A stretch of DNA of 64,000 nt from Solirubrobacterales bacterium (GTDB taxonomy: Bacteria; Actinomycetota; Thermoleophilia; Solirubrobacterales; 70-9), in contig DASSLT010000033.1 of assembly GCA_035689305.1 (NCBI GenBank), positions 46,794-110,793 on the forward strand, in the 5' to 3' direction. Of this stretch, positions 39,803 through 47,477 are shown piece by piece. The stretch's first letter is position 1, and every line of letters starts with the position of its first letter. The position numbers and the translations under genes are program-made. The notes beneath the pieces are model-generated. The model was not told where the DNA came from and did not search any database. It saw only the letters and a program-made list of their open reading frames with translations.

Positions 39803-40660
39803 ATGACCGGGACCGCGAAAAAGCTGCTGGCGCTGGGAATGGCTCTGGTGCTGAGCGCAGTTGTCCTGGCGGCTCCCGCCGGCGCCGAACCGACAGGCGA
39901 ATTCGCCGAGTTCAACCAGTGCGAGTACGAAAACGTCGAAGTCAGCACCTGCATCCACTGGGTCTTCGACAGCGGCACAATCAAGCTCGGGGAAAAGGCG
40001 ATCCCGGTCACCAATCCGATCACCCTGCAGGGCTCGCTGGTGCCTGAAAGCGATCTGCTGCTCGGCGCCACAAACGGCGTCACGCTCTCGCATACGCCGC
40101 AGGCCGTTCCGGGCGGTCTGCTCGGGATCACGGCGCCGGGCTCGTGGCCCGAATGGCTGCAGGGAGAATTCAACAACCAGATCAACGAAGGGTTCACCGG
40201 GGTCACGGCGACGGTCGAGCTGGTCGGTCCGTCATCCGGTCAGACCAACGTCACACTGAACACAGAAAACCTCCTCTTCGAAGAAGGCACCGCCCTCACA
40301 CTGCCGGTGAAGATCCACCTGCAGAATCCGATCCTCGGCAGCAACTGCTACTTCGGCTCCAACTCGGAACCGATCGACCTCCACCTCACGACCGGGATCA
40401 GCGGCGCCTTCAAAGGCAGCGCCGGAGAACTGATGTTCAACGAAGCGTTCACGCTCATCGACCTGACAAACGTCCGCCTCGTCGACGGCACCTTCGCCGC
40501 GCCAAGCGCGAGCGGGTGCGGAGGCATCGCCTCGGAATACATCGACCCCCTCGTCGACTCGATCTTCGGCACGCCCGCCGGCGCCGGTGAAAACCACGCG
40601 GTGCTCGAAGGGACATTCACAGAGGCTGACCGCGAAGCGGTCCTCAACAGCGGTCCCTAG
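39803..40660 (+). CDS. Secreted hypothetical protein, tandem paralogue 3 of 3
   Basis: It starts 9 nt after paralogue 2. Signal peptide LGMALVLSAVVLAAPAGA. It shares an identical 74-nt tract with paralogue 2. Confidence 0.8.
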   Translation: MTGTAKKLLALGMALVLSAVVLAAPAGAEPTGEFAEFNQCEYENVEVSTCIHWVFDSGTIKLGEKAIPVTNPITLQGSLVPESDLLLGATNGVTLSHTPQAVPGGLLGITAPGSWPEWLQGEFNNQINEGFTGVTATVELVGPSSGQTNVTLNTENLLFEEGTALTLPVKIHLQNPILGSNCYFGSNSEPIDLHLTTGISGAFKGSAGELMFNEAFTLIDLTNVRLVDGTFAAPSASGCGGIASEYIDPLVDSIFGTPAGAGENHAVLEGTFTEADREAVLNSGP

Positions 40661-40857
40661 CCCCCTGGGCGGCTTGCCCGCACCAGGCGTGCCGGCGCCA
40701 GCGAGTCGGTGCCGCCGCTGCCGCCGCCGGTAGCGCCGGCGCGGACCGGCCTGGGCCTGCCGGCCGTCGAGGACGAAGGAGTAGGTCAGCTGCGGTCGGG
40801 CCGGACCAGCCAGCGCACGAAGCAGTGGACGCCAGCGGCGGACGACGCTCTTCCGGG

Positions 40858-42876
40858 CTAGGCGCGAGCGCCCGGGACGGCGGCAGCGCGAGCCGCGAGC
40901 ACCCGTTCGAAGGCGGCGACGACCTTCGGGTCGAACTGGCTGCCGGCGCCGCGGGCGAGCTCGTCGAGGGCCCGCGCCGGCAGCATCGCGACGCTGTAGG
41001 GGCGTTCGGAGACCATCGCCTGGTAGGCGTCGCAGACGGCGACGATGCGGGAGCCGAGTGGGATCTGCTCCCCCTCAAGCCGATCCGGGTAACCGCTGCC
41101 GTCCCAGCGCTCGTGGCTGGAACGGACGATGCGGGCGACCGGGACCAGGGCCGGCGCCGAGGCGATGATCCGCTCGCCGATCATGGTGTGCTTGCGCATG
41201 AACTCCAGTTCCGGGGGGTCGAGCGGGCCGGGCTTGTTGAGGATCGCGTCCGGGATCGCCATCTTGCCGACGTCGTGGAGCTCGGCGGCGCGGAAGATCT
41301 CGTCGCGCTGCTCGGCGCTGACGCCGAGCTCTTCGGCAACGGGCCGGGCGAGAGCGGCGACGTCGACGAGATGGGCGTGGAGGTCGGGCTGGCGCTCGCG
41401 CAGGGCGGTGAGGAGGACGTCGCGCGACTGCGAGCCGGCGGAGGAGCGCTCGCGATTCTTGTTCGCGTACATGCGCCGGTCGGCGAGCTGCAGCGCGCTC
41501 TCGCGCGTCCTCGCCTCGCTGGGGAGGAGGACGCTGCCCTGTGAGGCGGTGATGAGGAAGCCTTCGCCGCGCTCCGAGAGGGCGGCGGTGCCGCCGGCGA
41601 CCAGGCTGTCGACCGCCCCCGCCGTGCATTCGGCCAGCAGGCAGAACTCGTCGCCGCCGAGCCGGTAGGCCGAGCCGTGCGGGGCCGCGAAGGCGGCGAG
41701 CCGGTGGCCGAGGCGGGCCAGCAGGGCGTCGCCGGCCGGGTGCCCGTAGCTGTCGTTATAGGCCTTGAAGCCGTCGAGATCGAACATCACCAGCAGCCGC
41801 AGGTTGCCGGTGACCGCGAGCCCTGGCGCTCCCAGCTCCAGGTCCTCCATCAGCTTGCGGCGGTTCGGCAAGCCGGTGAGCGAGTCGGTCAGCGCCTCGC
41901 GGACGCTCGACTCCAGGCTCGCCTGGGTGTCGCGGAAGGAGATCGCCAGCCGCACGACCACGCCGAGCATGGTCAGCAGCGAGAGACCGGCGGCGATGCT
42001 CGGGATCACGGTGTAGCGTTCGGCCGACTGGACCCCGATCGCGATCAGCGCCGCGGCGGCGGGGACGAAGGCGACCCGCAGGCCGCGCGCCTGCACCACT
42101 CGCTTCTTCGGGCCGGGCGGGATCCAGGCCGCGGTCGCCAGCAGCAGCGCTCCCAGGGGCCAGGCGGCGTCGAGGATGCCGCCTTCGACGTAGGTTCCCT
42201 GTGCCGACTGCCAGAGATAGAGACCGTCGGAGACGCCGAGCACGATCAGGCCGCCGCCGAGGGTCAGCCAGCCCGCTCCCGGCCGCCAGCCGGTGAACGA
42301 GGCGGCGGTGACGACCAGCGTCAGCAGGGTCAGGTCGGCGATCGGGTAGGCGAGGTTGGTGGCGACGGCGGCGGTGCTGTCGCTGCTCGAAGCGTCGACG
42401 ATCGGGCCCAGCGCCAGGGCGGCGGCGAGCGCGGCGACGGCGGAGCCGACGATCAGGCCGTCGAGCCAGCGGGTGGCGGGGAAGGAGCCGATTCGCTCGC
42501 GCATGAGGACGATCAGGGCGGCGTAGGCAAGCGGGTAGAAGGCCAGGTAGCCGGCGTCGGCGAGCGAGGGGATCGGCACCGATTCGGCGCCGGCGAAGGC
42601 GGCCGAGTAATAGATTTCGCCCGCCGTCCAGGCCAGCAGGCCGGCGCCGAGCAGGCTCCAGGCGAGCCGCTCGCGGCGGACGATCGCCGCTCGCGCCAGG
42701 CAGGAGGCGGCGGCGCCGAGCATCAGCGCGTCGTAGTCCCAGATGCCGAAGAACGTTTCCGCGGCGTCGCCGCCGAACCCGATCGCGGCGTGCAGGGCGA
42801 AGGCCAGGAACCCGAGCACCAGGGCTGCCCCGCCGCAGCGGAGGAGGAGGCGGTTGCGAGGGCTCAGCTTCGCCAT
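40858..42876 (-). CDS. Integral-membrane GGDEF / HD-GYP dual-domain c-di-GMP enzyme
   Basis: About 300 aa of TM helices, then LTGLPNRR...YRLGGDEFCLL (intact GGDEF), then AAELHDVGKMAIP...HERWDGSGYP (intact HD-GYP). Confidence 0.85.
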   Translation of the reverse strand: MAKLSPRNRLLLRCGGAALVLGFLAFALHAAIGFGGDAAETFFGIWDYDALMLGAAASCLARAAIVRRERLAWSLLGAGLLAWTAGEIYYSAAFAGAESVPIPSLADAGYLAFYPLAYAALIVLMRERIGSFPATRWLDGLIVGSAVAALAAALALGPIVDASSSDSTAAVATNLAYPIADLTLLTLVVTAASFTGWRPGAGWLTLGGGLIVLGVSDGLYLWQSAQGTYVEGGILDAAWPLGALLLATAAWIPPGPKKRVVQARGLRVAFVPAAAALIAIGVQSAERYTVIPSIAAGLSLLTMLGVVVRLAISFRDTQASLESSVREALTDSLTGLPNRRKLMEDLELGAPGLAVTGNLRLLVMFDLDGFKAYNDSYGHPAGDALLARLGHRLAAFAAPHGSAYRLGGDEFCLLAECTAGAVDSLVAGGTAALSERGEGFLITASQGSVLLPSEARTRESALQLADRRMYANKNRERSSAGSQSRDVLLTALRERQPDLHAHLVDVAALARPVAEELGVSAEQRDEIFRAAELHDVGKMAIPDAILNKPGPLDPPELEFMRKHTMIGERIIASAPALVPVARIVRSSHERWDGSGYPDRLEGEQIPLGSRIVAVCDAYQAMVSERPYSVAMLPARALDELARGAGSQFDPKVVAAFERVLAARAAAVPGARA

Positions 42877-42960
42877 CCTCAGCTATCGAGCGATTGCAGC
42901 GGGAACTTGATCCCTTGGAATCAGGAACCCGCTCGTTGGGAATGTCCCGCGCCCCCGACC

Positions 42961-42989
42961 TTGACCTCACTGGTTCCCGGAAATAAACT
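42961..42989 (+). promoter_or_regulatory. Candidate sigma-70-type promoter of the 624-aa secreted-protein gene
   Basis: TTGACC, a 17-nt spacer, then TAAACT, about 40 nt upstream of ATG 43029. Confidence 0.4.
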
Positions 42990-43028
42990 CAGCAGTTCCT
43001 GAACATTCGGAGAAATTGGGGGCAGGGG

Positions 43029-44903
43029 ATGAAGGCGAGAGCGACGGTACTGGTGCTGTTGATGGCGATTTCGCTGGCGGTGACGGCGGCCTCGGCGCAG
43101 GCGGCCAGCTTTTTAGCCACCAGCTATCCCGCGACCCTGACCGGGACCCCGATCGAAGAATCGAGCCATGTGATCCAGTTCGAAGGGGAACGGAAAATCA
43201 CATGCACCTCACTCACGTTCACCGGCACGCTCGCTGCGGCCTCGACGTCGGAGACACTGACGCCTGAATACAAAACCTGCCACGCGAGCCTGCTCGGCGA
43301 AAAACTCGACGCCACAGTCGCGACCAACGGCTGCGACTTCCTCTTCACCGAACCGAGCGGCAAAGAAGGGACGTACACGGGCGCGGTCAACCTCAACTGC
43401 CCGGAAGGAAAAAGCGTTGAAATCAGGGTCTACGACGGCATCGGTGTGCCCCACACCGAAGCTGAAGAAGACTGCCGCTACACGATCAAAGCGCAGAGCG
43501 GCCTGACCGGCGTCGAACACGTGAACATGGCAGGCCCGCCCGCGGACACGACAGTCTTCATGGGGCTGTCGAAACTTGCCTACACCCGCGCGTTTGGGAC
43601 GAAAGCCCTCTGCGGCGGCGAAAGCTCCACGTCCACCTACACCGGCAACCTGACACTCCAAGCGGGCGGCACGGCCGGCACCTTGATCGGCAAACCGCGC
43701 AACTTCACAGCCTCGGCCTACCCGGCGGTGCTCAGCGGCAGCCCGATCGAAGGCGTCAGCTACGAATTCCAGTTCGAAGGGGAACGGCGTGTGACCTGCA
43801 AAGCGGTCACCTTCAGTGGCGAACTGGCCGCTGTCTCGAACTCGCTCACGATCACGCCCGAATACAAAGAATGCGTGGCGAGCATCCTCGGCGAAGAAGT
43901 CGACGCGACAGTCATCAACAACGTCTGCAAACTCGTGCTCGACGAACCGAGCAGCCAGGAAGGCTCGGCCACAGGGGCGATCAACTTCAGTTGCACGGGC
44001 AAAGGCATCGAAGTCCAGATTTTCAAAGGCCTCGGTGTGCCCCACGTGGAACAGAAGTGCCGCTACCTGATCCAGGCGTCGCAGAGCAACCTCTCCGACG
44101 TCGGCTACGAAAACGTCGGCTCGGACTTCAGGGCGAACTTCAGCGTCTCCAACCTCGCCTTCACGAGGACCGCGGGCACTGAAGCGGAATGCGGCAAAGT
44201 CAAATCGACCGGGAAATACAGCGGCAGCAGCACAGTCAGCGCCAAAAACTCGACAGCGGAATCGATCTCCACCGACGTCAACCTGCCGGCGACCCCCCAG
44301 TCCGGCAAATTCACAGCGGCGAAATACCCGGCCACCCTGACTGGGACCACGCCGACCGGCGAATACCACACCTTCGAATTCGAAGGGGGTCGCAAAGTCA
44401 CATGCCTGCAGCCGACCTTTGCCGGTGAAATGAAAGAAGCGTCGAGCGTGGTCACCCTGACTCCGACCTACGGCACCTGTCACGGGCTGACGGCGGAAAC
44501 CAAACGGGACGCGACAGTGACAATGAACGAATGCTCGTACGTTGCCGCGGTCGAAACAGGGATCGCCGACTTCTATTCGGGGCCGACCAAACTGACGTGC
44601 CCGGTCGGCAAAAGCCCTGAAATCCACATTTACCTCGCGGGGGCGACCCACTCGCCGGCCTTCGAGATCTGCCGCTACACGATGGGCCTCGAAATCGGCA
44701 CGCTCGACTACGAGAACCTGACAGCTGCCAGCCCGGCGACGAAGATCACAGCCACCTGGACAGCGGGCGCATGGTCGTACACGCGGTCGCTGGGCTCTGA
44801 AGGGAACTGCGGTAAAGCCAGCGGCACCGCGAAATACACCGGCCGGGCGACACTGAGCGCGAAAAACGAAAAAGCGGAAGCGGTCGGCTTGGATATCGGC
44901 TAG
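43029..44903 (+). CDS. Secreted hypothetical protein made of three ~200-aa Cys-containing repeats
   Basis: Signal peptide LVLLMAISLAVTAASAQA. The repeat openings are YPATLTGTPIEESSHVIQFEGERKITC, YPAVLSGSPIEGVSYEFQFEGERRVTC and YPATLTGTTPTGEYHTFEFEGGRKVTC, with a nucleotide period of about 600. Confidence 0.8.
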   Translation: MKARATVLVLLMAISLAVTAASAQAASFLATSYPATLTGTPIEESSHVIQFEGERKITCTSLTFTGTLAAASTSETLTPEYKTCHASLLGEKLDATVATNGCDFLFTEPSGKEGTYTGAVNLNCPEGKSVEIRVYDGIGVPHTEAEEDCRYTIKAQSGLTGVEHVNMAGPPADTTVFMGLSKLAYTRAFGTKALCGGESSTSTYTGNLTLQAGGTAGTLIGKPRNFTASAYPAVLSGSPIEGVSYEFQFEGERRVTCKAVTFSGELAAVSNSLTITPEYKECVASILGEEVDATVINNVCKLVLDEPSSQEGSATGAINFSCTGKGIEVQIFKGLGVPHVEQKCRYLIQASQSNLSDVGYENVGSDFRANFSVSNLAFTRTAGTEAECGKVKSTGKYSGSSTVSAKNSTAESISTDVNLPATPQSGKFTAAKYPATLTGTTPTGEYHTFEFEGGRKVTCLQPTFAGEMKEASSVVTLTPTYGTCHGLTAETKRDATVTMNECSYVAAVETGIADFYSGPTKLTCPVGKSPEIHIYLAGATHSPAFEICRYTMGLEIGTLDYENLTAASPATKITATWTAGAWSYTRSLGSEGNCGKASGTAKYTGRATLSAKNEKAEAVGLDIG

Positions 44904-44906
44904 CGG

Positions 44907-46430
44907 CTAGCCCGACCCGTACTCGCTGTACGGGTACCACCATTCCTTGCGCTCGATCCGCGTCTCCATGTGGACGTGCTTGGTCTCCTGGAAGGCTTCG
45001 AGACCCTCGCGGCCGAGCTCGCGGCCGAGGCCGGACTGCTTGAAGCCGCCGAACGGGCCGGCGTCGTTGTCGGTCAGGGGGTCGTTGATCCAGACGGTGC
45101 CGGCGCGCAGCTCGCGCATGCAGCGGACCGCGCTCTCGAGGTCGGCGGTGTAGACGTTGGCGCCGAGCCCGAACTCGGTGCCGTTGGCGAGCGCGATCGC
45201 CTCGTCCAACGAGGCGACCGGGACCAGCGGCGCGACCGGGCCGAAGGTCTCCTCGGTCAAGAGGGCGCTGTCGGCGGCGGCGCCGGTGACGACGGCGGGG
45301 GAGAGGAAGTGGCCGCGCGGCTGGCCGCCGCCGTCGCCGCCGACCAGGACCTCGGCCCCGGCCGCGCGCGCCGCCTCCAGCTGGGCGACGACCTTCGCCC
45401 GCTGCGGGGCAGAGACCATCGGCCCGACGTCGGTCGCGACCTCGAACGGGTCGCCGAGGACGAGCGAGCGGGTGTGTTCGACGAAGGCGGCGACGTAGTC
45501 GTCGAAGATCTCCTCCATCACGTAGAAGCGCTCGGCCGAGGTGCAGACCTGGCCGGCGTTGAGGAAGGCGGCCCAGGCGCCGCCGCGGGCGGCGACCTCG
45601 AGCTGCGGGGCGACGTCGGCGCAGACGATGAAGGCGTCCTTGCCGCCCATCTCGAGGTTCATCCGCGCCATCCGCGGCGTGCAGGCGGCGGCGACCTTGT
45701 GGCCGGTCGCGACCGAGCCGGTGAAGGCGACGCAGTCGACGCCGGGGTGGGAGGCGATCGCGGCGCCGACCTCGCCGGCGCCGGCGAGGAGGTTGACGAC
45801 GCCGGCCGGCAGGTGCTCGAAGACGGCGGCCAGCATCAGGGTCGAGAGCGGCGTCAGCTCCGAGGGCTTGGCGACGACGCAGTTGCCGGCGGCGAGCGCC
45901 GGCGCCAGCTTCCAGGCGAGCAGCAGCAGCGGGTAGTTCCAGGGGACGATGCAGCCGACGACGCCAAGCGGGTCCTTGACCACCAGCGCCAGCTGGGTCG
46001 CCTCGATCGGCGGGATCACGCGGCCGGCGTGGTCGCGGCCGATCTCGGCGTAGTAGTCGAAGGCGGCGGCGGTCCACTCGAGCTCGTCGCGGTTCTCGAG
46101 CAGCGGCTTGCCGCCCTCGGCGGTCATCGTTCGCGCCAGCTCCTCGGTCTGCTCGCGCAGGCGCCGCGCCACCTCGTGCAGCAGCTCGCAGCGCTCGCCG
46201 GCGGTCGTCCGCGCCCACCCGGGCCAGGCTCCGCGGGCGGCCGCGACGGCCGCCTCGACCTGCTCGGCCGAGGCGCTCGGCACCGTCGCGATCGTCTCCG
46301 TCGTGTACGGGTTCTCGACGGCGACGGGCGCGCCGGCGCCGGCCACGAGCTCGCCACCGATCAGGAGCCGGGTCTGGGAGTCGAGGGCGGCGGGCATCGT
46401 TGCCGGCAGGCTACCTGGAGCGCTTGTCAA
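44907..46430 (-). CDS. NAD(P)-dependent aldehyde dehydrogenase
   Basis: VPWNYPLLL, LEMGGKD and FLNAGQVCTSAERF (catalytic Cys). Confidence 0.9.
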   Translation of the reverse strand: MTSAPGSLPATMPAALDSQTRLLIGGELVAGAGAPVAVENPYTTETIATVPSASAEQVEAAVAAARGAWPGWARTTAGERCELLHEVARRLREQTEELARTMTAEGGKPLLENRDELEWTAAAFDYYAEIGRDHAGRVIPPIEATQLALVVKDPLGVVGCIVPWNYPLLLLAWKLAPALAAGNCVVAKPSELTPLSTLMLAAVFEHLPAGVVNLLAGAGEVGAAIASHPGVDCVAFTGSVATGHKVAAACTPRMARMNLEMGGKDAFIVCADVAPQLEVAARGGAWAAFLNAGQVCTSAERFYVMEEIFDDYVAAFVEHTRSLVLGDPFEVATDVGPMVSAPQRAKVVAQLEAARAAGAEVLVGGDGGGQPRGHFLSPAVVTGAAADSALLTEETFGPVAPLVPVASLDEAIALANGTEFGLGANVYTADLESAVRCMRELRAGTVWINDPLTDNDAGPFGGFKQSGLGRELGREGLEAFQETKHVHMETRIERKEWWYPYSEYGSG

Positions 46431-46462
46431 TGACCTGTGAACGGGAGGGGTAGATTGGACGC

Positions 46463-47452
46463 TTGAGCACTTCGGAATTCGCCCATCTCGGTCGCGCCGA
46501 AGAGGCGCCGGTCTTCCGCTTCGAGCACTGGCCGCTGGTGCGGAAGATCGCGCTCGCGATCTACTTCGTCGCCTTCGTCTTCTGGAGCGCGCACTACGGG
46601 ATCCCGGTCCAGCGCGAGCTGGTGATCGCCTGGACCTGCGGCGCCCTGCTCTGCGTTTGCCTCGGGCGCCACCCGCGCGAAATCCTGCGGCTGCTGCGCG
46701 ACTGGCTGCCGATCGTCGCCGTGCTCTGGGTCTACGACCTCACCCGCGGCGCCGCCGACACCTTCGGCATCGGCGTCCACTACCACCCGATGATCGACTT
46801 CGACAAAGCCGTCTTCTTCGGTCAGGTGCCGACCGAATGGCTGCAGGCACACCTCTACGACCCGCAGGCGCTGAGCGCCTGGAACGTCGCCTTCACCCTC
46901 ACTTACACCTCCTACTTCATCACCCCGTTCGCGCTCGCCGGCTACCTCTGGGCCCGCGACCACGCCGCCTTCCTGCGCTTCAGCAAGCGGCTGGTGACGC
47001 TCGCCCTCGCCGGCCTCGCCACCTACATCCTGTTCCCGGCGGCGCCGCCCTGGATGGCAAGCGATATGGGACTGATCGGCCACGTCGAGCGCACCACCTC
47101 GAAAGGCTGGGAGATCCTCGGCGTCGGCACCGCCGGCTGGTTCTCGAAGGGGCAGGAGACGGTCAACCTGGTCGCCGCCGTGCCCTCACTGCACTCCGCC
47201 TTCTGCATGCTGGTCGCGCTCTTCATCTGGCCGCGGGTCAAGCGCCGCCGGCTGCGGCCGCTGCTGCTGCTCTACCCGCTGATGATGGGGCTGACGCTGA
47301 TGGCAACGGGCGAGCATTACTTCTTCGACGTCGTCCTCGGCTGGTTCTATGCCGGCGCGGTGATGGTCGCCTGGGCCTGGTTGGAACGGCGGCGCGAGGC
47401 GAGTGCGGGCCACCCGGCGGCCGTCGTCGCGCACGGCGCGGCCGGCGAGTAG
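46463..47452 (+). CDS. PAP2-superfamily membrane protein (PAP2_C / inositol-phosphoceramide-synthase-like)
   Basis: Multiple TM segments, FPAAPPWM, PSLHSAF and GEHYFFDVVLGW. Confidence 0.7.
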   Translation: MSTSEFAHLGRAEEAPVFRFEHWPLVRKIALAIYFVAFVFWSAHYGIPVQRELVIAWTCGALLCVCLGRHPREILRLLRDWLPIVAVLWVYDLTRGAADTFGIGVHYHPMIDFDKAVFFGQVPTEWLQAHLYDPQALSAWNVAFTLTYTSYFITPFALAGYLWARDHAAFLRFSKRLVTLALAGLATYILFPAAPPWMASDMGLIGHVERTTSKGWEILGVGTAGWFSKGQETVNLVAAVPSLHSAFCMLVALFIWPRVKRRRLRPLLLLYPLMMGLTLMATGEHYFFDVVLGWFYAGAVMVAWAWLERRREASAGHPAAVVAHGAAGE

Positions 47453-47477
47453 CGCCTGGAGATAGCGTGCCGGGGGC

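Noticed and set aside
38408-40093. 561-aa minus-strand ORF across the paralogue operon.
   Set aside because: It is antisense to three well-supported genes. Its translation is Arg/Gly/Ala/Phe-rich with no motifs, and it carries the same internal repetition simply as a mirror of the sense genes.
38054-40660. Regular ~870-bp periodic repeat that might be a non-coding array.
   Set aside because: Each unit is a full-length ORF with a signal peptide and conserved amino-acid (not nucleotide) blocks. These are tandem paralogous genes, not a CRISPR or satellite array. No CRISPR-like short repeat-spacer structure occurs anywhere in the window.
42877-43028. c-di-GMP riboswitch in the divergent control region next to the GGDEF/HD-GYP gene.
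   Set aside because: I could not recognise the conserved GEMM-I/II core sequences or a convincing multi-stem fold by eye. Only a sigma-70-like promoter is supported. An Infernal scan would be needed to exclude it formally.
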